Below are positions 29,720 through 45,286 of a DNA stretch of 64,000 nucleotides, piece by piece. Every line of letters starts with the position of its first letter. The stretch's first letter is position 1. The position numbers and the translations under genes are program-made. The notes beneath the pieces were generated by a model. The model worked only from the letters and a program-made list of their open reading frames with translations. It had not been told where the DNA came from and searched no databases. The stretch is from Escherichia coli (GTDB lineage: Bacteria; Pseudomonadota; Gammaproteobacteria; Enterobacterales; Enterobacteriaceae), in NCBI RefSeq assembly GCF_044647545.1, contig NZ_CP172818.1, one strand, 5' to 3'.

Positions 29720-31797
29720 CATTTACCGCCAATTGTCGCCGTCATGCGGATATGTCGGTTATCAGACAGTTCCAGATTCGACAGCACCACTAACTGCGGC
29801 AAGCTGCGGCGCAGGAAGCGAGACAATAATGGTCGCAGCGCGTGGTTCACCAACAATACCGGCGGCGCACCCAACATCTCCTGACGGGATAGCGCTTCCT
29901 GAGTTTGCGCCAGTAAACGATCCGCCAGCCCTGGCTCCAGTCCGCCCCCGCCCTGCAACGCCTGTAGCAACAAACGTTCCAGCGGTGTATCGAGGCCAAT
30001 AACATGAACTTCATCTTTGCCAGGAAACCACTGCTGGGTAATCGCCCGTCCCAACGCCACGCGCACGACGGCGGTTAATTCATGTGGATCGCTCTGGATG
30101 GGCGCATGTTCCGCCAGCGTTTCGAGAATGGTGCGCATATCGCGAATCGGCACTTTTTCATCGAGCAGATTTTGCAGCACTTTATGCAGTGTGGTGAGCG
30201 TGACGACGCCAGGAACGAGATCTTCCGTCAGCTTTGGCATCTCCTGGGCGACGCGATCCAACAGCTGTTGCGCCTCCTGACGACCAAACAGCTCTGCGGC
30301 ATGCTGGCTAATGAGGTGGTTAAGATGCGTTGCCACCACCGTGCTGGCCTCAACCACGGTGTACCCCTGAATCTGCGCCTGTTCTTTAAGCGCACTTTCA
30401 ATCCAGATAGCATTCAGGCCAAATGCCGGATCGACGGTCGCCTCACCAGGTAACGTCCCGGCAGCGGTACCAGGGTTAATCGCCAACCAACGCCCCGGAT
30501 AAGCATCACCACTGCCTATCTCCACGCCTTTCATCAAAATGCGATAGCGGGCAGGTTGCAGATCCATATTGTCGCGAATGTGCACCACCGGTGGCAGAAA
30601 CCCCATCTCCTGGGCAAATTTCTTGCGAATACTGCGTATACGGCCCAGCAACTCACCATCCTGCTGGAAATCGACCATCGGGATCAGGCGATAACCCACT
30701 TCCATTCCCAGAGAATCTTCCAGTTGTACATCGTTCCACGTCGCTTCGACAACGGTATTATTCTCTGCCATTTTTACCGGTTTTGGTTCGGCAGGCGCTT
30801 TTTGTTCACGTCCACGGATCCACCAGGCCAGCCCAAGCAATCCGGCAGTGAACAGCAAAAATACCAGGTTCGGCATTCCGGGCACCAGGCCGAGTAAACC
30901 GAGCACGGCGGCGCTTAACAACATAACGCTTGGGTTACTGAAAAGCTGATTCACCATCTGCTCGCCAACATCCTGATCGGTGCTGACACGCGTAACGATG
31001 ACCCCCGCGGCGGTAGAAATCACCAACGCCGGAATTTGTGCCACCAGACCGTCGCCAATGGTCAATAGCGTATAACTTTCCGCCGCGTGTCCCATGCTCA
31101 TGCCATGTTGCAGCACGCCGACCAGCAACCCGCCGACAACGTTAATGACCATGATGAGGATCCCGGCGATGGCATCGCCGCGAACAAACTTACTTGCCCC
31201 ATCCATTGAGCCGTAAAAATCGGCTTCCTGAGTCACTTCGGAGCGGCGTTTTTTCGCCTCATCTTCACCAATCAATCCAGCGTTAAGGTCGGCGTCAATC
31301 GCCATCTGCTTACCCGGCATGCCATCGAGAACAAAGCGCGCACCCACTTCTGCGATACGCCCGGCACCTTTGGTGATAACCATAAAGTTGATGATCACGA
31401 GAATGACGAACACCACGATACCGATAGCGAAATTGCCACCAACGAGGAAGTGACCGAACGCTTCGACCACCTTCCCAGCCGCCGCCGCGCCGGTATGCCC
31501 TTCCATCAAAATGATACGGGTTGAAGCCACATTAAGTGCCAGACGCAACAGCGTGGTAAACAACAGAATGGTCGGAAACGCAGCAAACTCAAGCGTGCGC
31601 TGGGTAAACATCGCCACCAGCAACACCATGATCGACAAGGCAATATTGAAGGTAAACAACAGGTCGAGTATGAATGCGGGCAGTGGCAGCACCATCATCG
31701 ACAAGATCAACAGGATCAAAATCGGTCCGGCAAGGATCTGCCATTGTGTCGATTTCAGGTTTGCAGGCAGGCGCAGCATCGCGGCCAGATTACTCAT
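29719..31797 (-). CDS. flhA: Flagellar type III export apparatus protein FlhA, 692 aa
   Basis: MSNLAAMLRLPANLKSTQWQILAGP...; start at the internal ATG 31797. Confidence 0.95.
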   Translation of the reverse strand: MSNLAAMLRLPANLKSTQWQILAGPILILLILSMMVLPLPAFILDLLFTFNIALSIMVLLVAMFTQRTLEFAAFPTILLFTTLLRLALNVASTRIILMEGHTGAAAAGKVVEAFGHFLVGGNFAIGIVVFVILVIINFMVITKGAGRIAEVGARFVLDGMPGKQMAIDADLNAGLIGEDEAKKRRSEVTQEADFYGSMDGASKFVRGDAIAGILIMVINVVGGLLVGVLQHGMSMGHAAESYTLLTIGDGLVAQIPALVISTAAGVIVTRVSTDQDVGEQMVNQLFSNPSVMLLSAAVLGLLGLVPGMPNLVFLLFTAGLLGLAWWIRGREQKAPAEPKPVKMAENNTVVEATWNDVQLEDSLGMEVGYRLIPMVDFQQDGELLGRIRSIRKKFAQEMGFLPPVVHIRDNMDLQPARYRILMKGVEIGSGDAYPGRWLAINPGTAAGTLPGEATVDPAFGLNAIWIESALKEQAQIQGYTVVEASTVVATHLNHLISQHAAELFGRQEAQQLLDRVAQEMPKLTEDLVPGVVTLTTLHKVLQNLLDEKVPIRDMRTILETLAEHAPIQSDPHELTAVVRVALGRAITQQWFPGKDEVHVIGLDTPLERLLLQALQGGGGLEPGLADRLLAQTQEALSRQEMLGAPPVLLVNHALRPLLSRFLRRSLPQLVVLSNLELSDNRHIRMTATIGGK

Positions 31798-32938
31798 GGG
31801 TCGGTTTCTCGTTAATAAAATCCAGGGCTTCCGGCACCGGAAGATGAGTAGGTTGTACAGGGCGCTGTCCACCAGCCAGACGCCAGCGTTTCAGTTGCCA
31901 GACCCAGGCCAGCACTTCCGCCACTGCGGCGTACAGTTGACCCGGGATTTGTTGACCGATCTCCGCATGTCGATACAGCGCTCGCGCCAGCGGCGGCGCT
32001 TCAAGCGTCGGGACGTTATTTTCAGCGCCAATTTCACGAATGCGCAGCGCGACCAGCCCTGCACCTTTAGCGACCACTTTCGGTGCGCTCATTTTGTTTT
32101 CGTCATACTGCAACGCTACCGAATAGTGGGTCGGGTTATTGACAATGACATCCGCTTTCGGCACATCGGCCATCATCCGACGCCGTGCAGCCGCTCGCTG
32201 CATCTGACGTATCCGCCCTTTAACATGGGGGTCGCCTTCGCTTTGTTTGAACTCATCACGAATATCCTGCCGCGACATACGCAGCTTTTTCAGGTGGCTG
32301 AAGATTTGGAAAAAGACGTCAAATCCCACCATTGGAATGACACCAAGCACCACCAGCAGTGCGCATAGCCCTACCAGATCCATCGCATTACCCATGGCGG
32401 TAATCGGAGACTCGGCCATTAAGCGCATCATCTGCGGCCAGTGATGCCAGAGAAAAAACCCCGTCACGCTGCCAACCAGGATGGTTTTCAAAATTGCCTT
32501 AAGCAACTCCGCGCCAGTCTGAGCCGAGAACATCCGTTTAATGCCCGGTAGCGGGTTGAGTTTGGAAAACTTCGGCTGCAAGGATTTGCCGCTAAATACC
32601 AGCCCTCCCAGCATGACCGGAGAAATGAGCGCCACCAGCACCACGCCGCTAATCAGTGGCAGCAGCGCCAGCATGGCTTCTCTGATCAGCAGAATAATCT
32701 GCCCGAGGATCAGATTCGGGTCATTGATAATACTGTGATCAAAATGCAGCCCAGCGGAGAGCATGCCCGACAATCGACGGGCCAGCGACACACCGCCAAA
32801 CCAGATAACACACACGCCCACTAACAAAATCAGCAGCGAGGTCAGTTCACGGGAACGCGGGATTTGCCCCTCTTCCCGCGCTTTTTCTAGTCGGTGAGGT
32901 GTGGGGGCTTCTGTTTTGTCGTCGCTCTCGTCAGACAC
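31790..32938 (-). CDS. flhB: Flagellar export apparatus switch protein FlhB, 382 aa
   Basis: Contains the NPTH autocleavage motif (VNNPTHYSVAL). Confidence 0.95.
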   Translation of the reverse strand: MSDESDDKTEAPTPHRLEKAREEGQIPRSRELTSLLILLVGVCVIWFGGVSLARRLSGMLSAGLHFDHSIINDPNLILGQIILLIREAMLALLPLISGVVLVALISPVMLGGLVFSGKSLQPKFSKLNPLPGIKRMFSAQTGAELLKAILKTILVGSVTGFFLWHHWPQMMRLMAESPITAMGNAMDLVGLCALLVVLGVIPMVGFDVFFQIFSHLKKLRMSRQDIRDEFKQSEGDPHVKGRIRQMQRAAARRRMMADVPKADVIVNNPTHYSVALQYDENKMSAPKVVAKGAGLVALRIREIGAENNVPTLEAPPLARALYRHAEIGQQIPGQLYAAVAEVLAWVWQLKRWRLAGGQRPVQPTHLPVPEALDFINEKPTHE

Positions 32939-33105
32939 GTCGCCAATCCTGGAAAGAGTATTAAGCGTAAATGATGCCAGATCGCAAAGCGTTCAATGGT
33001 TTGAGTAAGGGGCAAAACAGGCGGGATTTAGGGCGTTTGCTGCCAAAAATAGATAGTGATGCGTTTAGTCGGATGCGGCGTTTTCGCTTATCACGCCTCA
33101 AAAAA

Positions 33106-33188
<83 letters not shown>

Positions 33189-33204
33189 GTTAAGGCAATA
33201 CAAA

Positions 33205-33849
33205 TCAAAATCCAAGACTATCCAACAAATCGTCCACCTGATCCTGACTGGCTACCACACCGGCTTTGCTGGTATCGACCTGAGGTCCATTAAGCAAACT
33301 CTGGTTTTCACGTTTTGGACGCGACTCCTGTTCCGGGATGTTTTCCAACAGCACCATCAGCAACTGACGTTCGATCTCCTGAATGACATCCATCATCCGC
33401 TTAATAACCTGCCCGGTGAGATCCTGAAAATCCTGCGCCATCATGATTTCCAGCAGTTGCGCGTTAGTAAAGCTGGTATGCGCGGGGACATCTGCCAGAA
33501 ATTGCCGCGTATCTGTTACCAGTTCTCGGGCGTCGGCAAGGTCAATCGGATCGGCAAACCAGTCATCCCAACGTTGGGTTAACGCTTTTGCTGATTTCTC
33601 CATTTGATCCTGATGCGGTTGTGACGCCTCAACACTGTTCAGCGCCCGCTCCGCAGCCTGGGCGGTCATCTGCACAACATAGTACAAACGATCGCGCGCA
33701 TCGGGGATGGCTTCCGCCGCTTCGGCAATGGCCTGATCCAGCCCCAGCTCCCGCAAACTGTCGCGCAGCATACGCGTCAGGCTGCCGATGCGCGCAATGA
33801 TATCGCCAGCTGAATGCTCGTCAGCAGGTTTGATTGATGGTTGCATCAT
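33205..33849 (-). CDS. cheZ: CheY-P phosphatase, 214 aa
   Basis: [36 protein letters not shown]...; start at the internal Met. Confidence 0.95.
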
Positions 33850-33859
33850 AGTCGCATCC

Positions 33860-35313
<1,454 letters not shown>

Positions 35314-35315
35314 CG

Positions 35316-36176
35316 TTAATCCTTACTTAGCGCATACACCGTCTGACCACGCAGCGTGAAGCGGCGCTCAAGGTGGCTAAAGTTTTCAGAGTGACCCGCA
35401 AACAGCAATCCGTCGGGTTTAAGGAGCGGAACAAAGCGGCGCAAAATCTCCTGCTGGGTAGTTTGATCGAAGTAGATCATGACGTTACGACAGAAGATCG
35501 CATCAAACGGCCCCGGCACGGTGTACTGTTTCGCCAGTAAATTCAGCGGGGCAAAATCAACATAGTTCGCCAGCTCCTGACGCACGCGTACCAGCCCTTC
35601 ATGCGGTCCCGTCCCTCGCATGAAATACCGTTGCAGTTGCTGCGGCGTCAGGTTTTTCAACTCTTCATGGCGATAAATACCGCTTCTGGCTTTTTCCAGC
35701 ACTTCGGTGTCGATATCGCTGGCAAACACTTTCCAGCGTCCGGGCACGGTGCCCAATGTGTCAGCCAGCGTCATCGCAATGCTGTACGGCTCTTCGCCGG
35801 TCGAAGCCGCCGCGCTCCATACGCGATACTCGCCAGAACGGCGACGTGCGTGATCCGCGAGCAGAGGAAAATGATGCGCCTCACGGAAAAATGCCGTCAG
35901 ATTCGTGGTCAGCGAATTGATAAACGCCTGCCACTCACCGCTGTGCTGATTAGATTCCAGCAAGTTCAGGTAATGACCGAAATCCGTCAGTCCCAGCGAA
36001 CGCAAACGACGAACCAGTCGGTTGTAAACCATGTCGCGTTTATGGTCGGCCAGGACGATCCCGGCTCGTTGATAGATCAATTGACTTATCCGCCGAAAAT
36101 GCGCGTCGGAAAGCGCCAGGCGCTCGGTCATCTGTAACAATAAAGACGTTTGCCCACAGGGCAGAGATGAAGTCAT
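35316..36176 (-). CDS. cheR: Chemotaxis receptor methyltransferase, 286 aa
   Basis: [40 protein letters not shown]... Confidence 0.97.
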
Positions 36177-36194
36177 AGCGCCTTCTCAATCACT

Positions 36195-37796
36195 TCAGGA
36201 TACCACTGGCGCAATTTGTAACTGCGCCGACTCATGTCGTGCTACTTCATGCTCTTCAAGGGTAAATACCGCCACGCGCGACGAAAGATGGTCGGCCTGA
36301 TTCGCCAGTTGTTCTGTTGCCACCGCCGCTTCTTCTACCAGGGAGGCGTTCTGCTGTGTCACCTGATCCATCTGGCTGACAGCCTGTGCAACCTGCTCAA
36401 TCCCCCGCCGTTGTTCTTCCGAGGCCGAAGCAATTTCTCCCATAATGTCGTTCACGCGGGTCACCGAACTGACAATATCAGTCATGGTCGCGGCGGCGTT
36501 ATTCACCAGTTTCGAACCCTGCTGGACACGATTGACTGACTCTTCGATCAGCCCTTTGATCTCTTTTGCTGCCTGGGCGCTACGGCTGGCAAGATTGCGC
36601 ACTTCACCTGCCACTACCGCAAAACCACGCCCCTGCTCTCCGGCGCGAGCCGCTTCCACTGCCGCATTCAGGGCCAGAATATTGGTCTGGAAAGCAATGC
36701 CGTCGATAACGCTGATAATGTCGCCAATTTTTTGCGAGCTGGTGGCGATCTCCTGCATGGTGTGAGTCATGGTACTGACCTGAACACCGCCCGCCTGTGC
36801 CGTTGTCGCGGCATTTTTTGCCAGTTCCGACGCCTGGCGCGCGTTATCGGCGTTTTGCCCTACCGTGGCGGTTAATTGCTCCATACTGGCGGCCGTTTGT
36901 GCCAGCGATGCCGCCTGCTGTTCGGTACGACTTGAGAGATCGTTATTGCCTGCGACAATCTCCGCGATACCAATGTGCATCTCCTGGCTTCCCTTACGCA
37001 CATCACTTACCGTCCCACGCAAAGCCTGCTGCATGGTCTTCAGACTGGCAAAAATGGCGGTGATCTCATTGCGACCATACACCGCAATCGGACGCGCCAG
37101 ATTACCCGCAGCAATGCTGTCAAAATGGCTACCGATAATGGCCAGTGGTTGAACAATCATCTTGCGCGTCCACCACAGCGCACTGCTGATGTAGATCGCC
37201 GCAACAATAATCATGCTGATAAACACCAGCGCCGAAATCTGATAGTTACGCTGGCTTTGCGCACTGGCAGCTTCCAGCACATGGTTGATCTCCAGCTGCC
37301 AGGCCTCAAAGTTAACGTCAAACGCATTCTGTGATTCCTGCACCGGCGCAGTGAGGAAATCCGAAAGTTGATTACTTTCAAGCCAGGTCGCCTGATGTTC
37401 GAGATCGTTGTGCCAGCGGGCAAAACTTTTCTCCGTCTCTTTTTGCAACGCCCTGACGTGCTCGTTGCCCGCAGTCATCGCCATAAAACTTTTAAACAGC
37501 GTGGTGGATTGCGTCAGACTGGCGCGCGCCGTCGTCATCAACGTTTTAATGTCATCCGCCGGATAGCTAAGCGCCGTCAGAGTGCCCGCTTTGTTCAGCG
37601 CGGTACTGGCCTGTAACATTACCGCCCGAGTTTGCGCTAAAGCCGCACGTTGCTGATTGCTCTGCTCGACCTGATTCAGTCGTTGCACATCGTCGCGAAA
37701 TGCCCAAAAAGACATGCCGTTACTGCCAATCTGCAAGATCCCGCAGAGAATCAAAATTAAAAACAGCGTGGTCGAAATTCGAATACGATTAAACAT
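36195..37796 (-). CDS. tap: Methyl-accepting chemotaxis protein IV (dipeptide/pyrimidine sensing), 533 aa
   Basis: MFNRIRISTTLFLILILCGILQ...; MCP signalling domain; lies between cheR and tar. Confidence 0.93.
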   Translation of the reverse strand: MFNRIRISTTLFLILILCGILQIGSNGMSFWAFRDDVQRLNQVEQSNQQRAALAQTRAVMLQASTALNKAGTLTALSYPADDIKTLMTTARASLTQSTTLFKSFMAMTAGNEHVRALQKETEKSFARWHNDLEHQATWLESNQLSDFLTAPVQESQNAFDVNFEAWQLEINHVLEAASAQSQRNYQISALVFISMIIVAAIYISSALWWTRKMIVQPLAIIGSHFDSIAAGNLARPIAVYGRNEITAIFASLKTMQQALRGTVSDVRKGSQEMHIGIAEIVAGNNDLSSRTEQQAASLAQTAASMEQLTATVGQNADNARQASELAKNAATTAQAGGVQVSTMTHTMQEIATSSQKIGDIISVIDGIAFQTNILALNAAVEAARAGEQGRGFAVVAGEVRNLASRSAQAAKEIKGLIEESVNRVQQGSKLVNNAAATMTDIVSSVTRVNDIMGEIASASEEQRRGIEQVAQAVSQMDQVTQQNASLVEEAAVATEQLANQADHLSSRVAVFTLEEHEVARHESAQLQIAPVVS

Positions 37797-37841
37797 CAAC
37801 GCTCCCCATCAGGCGGCAATGACCGCGTTAGTAAATACTCG

Positions 37842-39503
37842 TCAAAATGTTTCCCAGTTTGGATCTTGTTCAGCAATTCGCAGTCGTGGCTGTGCCGGTG
37901 GTTGCTCACTGGCAGGACGGGATGGTGTTTGCGGTTTATTGGTGAGTGGGCTGGCTGTCAGACGGAACGCGGAAACCGCTTGCGTTAAACGACTCGCCTG
38001 TTCTTCCAGCGCAGCTGCGGCGGCAGCTGATTCCTGCACCAGCGATGCGTTCTGTTGCGTGACGCGATCCATTTCCGAAACCGCCAATGCGACTTGATCG
38101 ATGCCACGGCTCTGTTCATCCGATGCTGATGCAATCTCGCCCATAATGTCAGTCACGCGGGTGACAGCATTGACGATATTGTTCATTGTTTCCCCGGCGC
38201 TTTCGACCAGCACCGAACCGGTATCAACGCGCGAGACGGAGTCTTCAATGAGGGCTTTGATCTCTTTTGCCGCCTGGGCGCTGCGACTGGCAAGATTACG
38301 CACTTCGCCCGCCACCACGGCAAAACCACGGCCTTGTTCACCCGCTCGCGCGGCTTCAACCGCGGCATTCAGCGCGAGGATATTAGTCTGGAAGGCAATA
38401 CCGTCGATAACGCTGATAATGTCGGCAATTTTCTTCGAACTATCGGCGATCTCATGCATCGTTTTCACTACGCCATCCACCACTTTGCCGCCGTGCTGGG
38501 CGGTGTCGGAGGCACTTTGCGCCAGTTGCGAGGCCTGGCGGGCGTTATCGGCGTTTTGCTTCACTGTCGCGGTGAGCTGCTCCATGCTGGCGGCAGTTTC
38601 TTCCAGCGCGGATGCCTGCTGTTCAGTACGGGAGGAAAGATCGGTGTTGCCCGCCGCAATTTCACGGGTACCGGCATAGATGGCATCTGAACCTTCGCGC
38701 ACATGAGTGACGGTGTCAGTCAAAGAGCGTTGCATATGTGAAACACTCTGCGCCAGGTCGCCCATTTCACTGCGCCCGTCAATGGTCAGGGTATTCGCCA
38801 GGTTACCACCGGCAATTTCGCGAATATGCGCAATAATTTTTGCCAGCGGTGTAAGCAACATACGGCGAATGCCGTACCACGCCACCAGCAGAATCAATAT
38901 CACCACCAGCGCGATAACCGCCAGTTGCCACTGGGCAAATCGGTAATCATCTGCGTTGTCAGTGACGATATCGCGATACAGTTTTTCACTGCTGAGGGCG
39001 TACTGAGCAAACGCTTCGCCCATTGCATTTTGCATTCCCTGGGTTGGCTGAGCGAAATAAGCTCCAGTATTGCCATAATCAAGATAATCAATCAGTTCAG
39101 TTAACGCTGTGTGATAGTTTTTATATTTTTCATCAATATTACGACTGGTAGCGACCATTTCAGGTAACGGTGCCATGCTTTTGAATTTTTTATAATGCGT
39201 CGCTGCCTGGGCCAATGTTTTCCTGGCGCTATCGAGCAATTCAACTTTGGCATTACTTTGCTGATTGGATGAATCCATCATCATCCGCACCGCTGAACGA
39301 CTCAGGTTAATGCGCGTTTGCAGCATTAAATCCCATGTAGACGTCAGCTCGCCCTGCTGTTCCCGTAATTGATTGGAAACCACAAAGCTCTTCTGGCTAT
39401 GGTGAAGGGAAGAAAAAAACAGACTGCCGGAAATAAGCTGTAACAGTGCGAATACCCCCAGCACCATTACCAACAGCGTGACTACGCGGATACGGTTAAT
39501 CAT
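37842..39503 (-). CDS. tar: Methyl-accepting chemotaxis protein II (aspartate/maltose), 553 aa, C-terminal NWETF
   Basis: [23 protein letters not shown]... ending ...QDPNWETF; start at the internal ATG 39503. Confidence 0.95.
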   Translation of the reverse strand: MINRIRVVTLLVMVLGVFALLQLISGSLFFSSLHHSQKSFVVSNQLREQQGELTSTWDLMLQTRINLSRSAVRMMMDSSNQQSNAKVELLDSARKTLAQAATHYKKFKSMAPLPEMVATSRNIDEKYKNYHTALTELIDYLDYGNTGAYFAQPTQGMQNAMGEAFAQYALSSEKLYRDIVTDNADDYRFAQWQLAVIALVVILILLVAWYGIRRMLLTPLAKIIAHIREIAGGNLANTLTIDGRSEMGDLAQSVSHMQRSLTDTVTHVREGSDAIYAGTREIAAGNTDLSSRTEQQASALEETAASMEQLTATVKQNADNARQASQLAQSASDTAQHGGKVVDGVVKTMHEIADSSKKIADIISVIDGIAFQTNILALNAAVEAARAGEQGRGFAVVAGEVRNLASRSAQAAKEIKALIEDSVSRVDTGSVLVESAGETMNNIVNAVTRVTDIMGEIASASDEQSRGIDQVALAVSEMDRVTQQNASLVQESAAAAAALEEQASRLTQAVSAFRLTASPLTNKPQTPSRPASEQPPAQPRLRIAEQDPNWETF

Positions 39504-39534
39504 AAGGCACCTTCCTGAAAACAAGTTGATCTCG

Positions 39535-39561
39535 TTATCGGCAAGGAAGGGGGAAACTTTA
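39535..39561 (-). promoter_or_regulatory. Sigma-28 (FliA) class 3 promoter for the tar-tap-cheRBYZ operon
   Basis: Minus strand reads TAAAGTTT, 11-nt spacer, GCCGATAA, matching the sigma-28 consensus, about 30 nt upstream of the tar ATG. Confidence 0.8.
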
Positions 39562-39592
39562 TTGCTGATGCCACCCGCCGCGAAATTGAAAT

Positions 39593-39621
39593 AAAAAACC
39601 CGATGCGCAGATCATCGGGTT
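39593..39621 (-). terminator. Rho-independent terminator downstream of cheW
   Basis: Hairpin cccgatg...catcggg followed on the minus strand by a T-run. Confidence 0.65.
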
Positions 39622-39647
39622 CATTTCAATTGAGGAAATCGGGAGAA

Positions 39648-40151
39648 TTACGCCACTTCTGACGCCGCGCTATCTAACAGCGCCATCTCTTCGCTGTTCA
39701 GCAGTTTTTCGATGTTCACCAGAATCAACATCCGGTCGCCCAGTGCGCCCAGTCCAGTGAGATATTCGGTTGAAAGCGTCACGGCAAATTCCGGTGCCGG
39801 ACGAATTTGCTCCGCCGTCAATGAAAGCACGTCTGAAACGCCGTCAACCACGATGCCGACCACCCGCTGTCCGAGATTCAGGACGATAACTACCGTGTTG
39901 TCGTTATAGTCCACATCCACCTGGCTGAACTTAATTCGTAAGTCAACAATCGGCACAATAACGCCGCGCAGATTCGTGACGCCTTTGATAAACGCTGGCG
40001 TGTTCGCAATCCGTGTCACCTGATCGTAGCCACGGATCTCCTGCACTTTCAGAATATCAATACCGTACTCTTCATCACCAAGGGTAAATACCAGAAATTC
40101 CTGGCCTGACGGCTCGCTGGCCAGCTTTGTTACATTCGTCATACCGGTCAT
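39648..40151 (-). CDS. cheW: Chemotaxis coupling protein, 167 aa
   Basis: [42 protein letters not shown]... Confidence 0.97.
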
Positions 40152-40171
40152 ATTGTTACCTTTTTACTCAT

Positions 40172-43063
<2,892 letters not shown>

Positions 43064-43067
<4 letters not shown>

Positions 43068-43951
43068 GCTTCCTCGGTTGTCGTCTGTTGTTGCGGATTT
43101 TTCACCGCACGCACATGCTCTTCCAGTTCAATAAACGACGGACGTTCGCTGGAATAGAGCGTTTTGCGACCAAACTCAACGGCGATAGGCGGTGCGTAAC
43201 CGTTCAGATTAGATAGCAGTGTGACTTTGACGCACTGCATCATTTTGCTGGTTTCGGCGCTTTTCTGACGTAAAACACTCGCTAATGGGGAAATAAATCC
43301 GTAAGCCAATAAAATGCCGAGGAAAGTCCCCACCATCGCATGTGCGATAAGCGCCCCCAGCTCGGCGGCAGGACGATCGGCTGAACCTAACGCGTGAACG
43401 ACCCCCATTACAGCCGCGACAATACCAAACGCCGGAAGTGAGTCCCCGACCAACGCCAGACTGTTCGCCGGGACTTCTGCCTCGCTTTCGTGCGTCTCAA
43501 TCTCTTCATCCATCAGAGCTTCGATTTCGAAGGTGTTCATGTGACCGCTGATAATCAGGCGCAGATAATCGACGATAAATTCAAGCATGACGCTATCCGC
43601 AAGGATGCGTGGGTAGCTGGCGAAGATCTCGCTCTCACGGGGATTTTCAATATCGCGTTCCAGCGAAAACATCCCCATCTGCCGCGATTTCGCCATCAAC
43701 CGATAAAGCAGAGCCAGCAGATCCATATACATTGCTTTGGTGTATTTGGAGCGACGAAACAGCAACGGCAGCGCCTTCAGCGTGCCTTTAATCGCTTTGC
43801 CATTATTGCCGACGATAAACGACCCAATCCCTGCACCGGCAATAATCACCAGTTCAGCGGGTTGATAGAGTGCTCCAAGGCTTCCACCGGTCATCAAATA
43901 ACCGCCGAAAACTGTACCGAGAACAACCAGGTAACCTAATAAGATAAGCAC
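43064..43951 (-). CDS. motA: Flagellar stator proton-channel protein MotA, 295 aa, GTG start
   Basis: [23 protein letters not shown]...; first codon is GTG; stop overlaps the motB start. Confidence 0.95.
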
Positions 43952-44008
43952 GACATCATCCTTCCACTGTTGACCATGACAGGATGTTCAGTCGTCAGGC
44001 GTTAACGC

Positions 44009-44041
44009 GCGATTGGGGCAAAAAAAAGCAGCGGTACGTCG
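44009..44041 (-). terminator. Hairpin plus T8 between flhC and motA (flhDC terminator or attenuator)
   Basis: gcagcggtaacgacgtaccgctgc followed by tttttttt on the minus strand, about 37 nt after the flhC stop. Confidence 0.6.
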
Positions 44042-44077
44042 TTACCGCTGCTGGAATGTTGCGCCACACCGTATAAG

Positions 44078-44656
44078 TTAAACAGCCTGTACTCTCTGTT
44101 CATCCAGCAGTTGTGGGATAATATCGGCAGGATTCTGGGAAAGTTTACGTCTTTTTACTGCCCGGGATGGCGGCTGACATAAGCTGCAGGCAAAGCTGCC
44201 AACAGGCTGGTGAGCGTGGGTAATAAAATTGCCGCCGCAGCAGTTGCAGCTGGAAAGTTGCAGTAATCCACTTTCAACAAACCGTACCAATGTCCAGGCA
44301 CGGGTTAATGCCAGCAGCGGTCCGTCTTCTGCTTGCGGGCACTGTTCAAGGTATAAACGGTAGGCTTTGATCACCGCATCGACGCCATTACACAAGCCGG
44401 TTTTCAGTAAAAACTGCCATGCGTTACAGAACATTGAAGCATGAACGTTTTGTTCCCAGGTCATAAACCAGTCGGTTGAGAATGGCAGCATGCCTTTCGG
44501 CGGTGGGCTTCCGCGTAGTTCTTTATAGAGTTTTATCAGGCGTCCGCGACTTAACTGTGTTTCGCTTTCCAGCATCTGCAAACGAGCGCCCAGGGTGATC
44601 AATTCCATTGCCAGCTGAATATCCCGCGCTTCCTGAACAATGCTTTTTTCACTCAT
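44078..44656 (-). CDS. flhC: Flagellar master regulator subunit FlhC, 192 aa
   Basis: [33 protein letters not shown]...; zinc-binding Cys cluster. Confidence 0.97.
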   Translation of the reverse strand: MSEKSIVQEARDIQLAMELITLGARLQMLESETQLSRGRLIKLYKELRGSPPPKGMLPFSTDWFMTWEQNVHASMFCNAWQFLLKTGLCNGVDAVIKAYRLYLEQCPQAEDGPLLALTRAWTLVRFVESGLLQLSSCNCCGGNFITHAHQPVGSFACSLCQPPSRAVKRRKLSQNPADIIPQLLDEQRVQAV

Positions 44657-44658
44657 GA

Positions 44659-45009
44659 TCAGGCCCTTTTCTTGCGCAGCGCTTCTTCAGGCTGATTAAC
44701 ATCATTCAGCAAGCGTGTTGAGAGCATGATGCCGGTATGAATTTGCTGGAGATCGTCAACGCGGGAATCTTGCGTCAATTGAGTAATCGTCTGGTGGCTG
44801 TCAAAACGGAAGTGACAAACCAGTTGATTGGTTTCTGCCAGCTTAACCATTTGCGGAAGAGTCAGTGCCGCTAACGTTGTCGCCATTTCTTCATTTATGC
44901 CGAGACGAAACATAGCGGACGCTTTGTCCTGAACAATCAGACGCTGTGCAAGTAGTAAATATGACAAGTTGATGTCATAAATGTGTTTCAGCAACTCGGA
45001 GGTATGCAT
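44659..45009 (-). CDS. flhD: Flagellar master regulator subunit FlhD, 116 aa (119 aa if the upstream MGI Met is used)
   Basis: [38 protein letters not shown]... Confidence 0.95.
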
Positions 45010-45270
45010 TATTCCCACCCAGAATAACCAACTTTATTTTTATGCGGTCTCACCGCACCCCGTGATGTCGCCGGGAAGCCCCGGTAAAAAATAATTAGCA
45101 TTAGAATAGTTGCGATAAGCTGCAATAAGCAGAACCACCTTTTTGGTTTAATAAGTCCTTACAAATAGAAAGGGGTCTTTACACTTATCTAAGATTTTTC
45201 CTAAATCGACGCAACTGTACTCGTCACTACACGCACATACAACGGAGGGGGGCTGCGATTTTCAATAATG

Positions 45271-45286
45271 TGTGATGCAGATCACA
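45271..45286. promoter_or_regulatory. CRP-binding site in the flhDC promoter
   Basis: Perfect palindrome TGTGATGCAGATCACA about 260 nt upstream of the flhD ATG, matching the CRP half-sites TGTGA/TCACA. Confidence 0.75.

Noticed and set aside
31511-32368. Plus-strand ORF (285 aa) antisense across flhA/flhB
   Set aside because: Overlaps two strongly supported flagellar export genes on the other strand; Arg/Ser-rich product typical of antisense frames.
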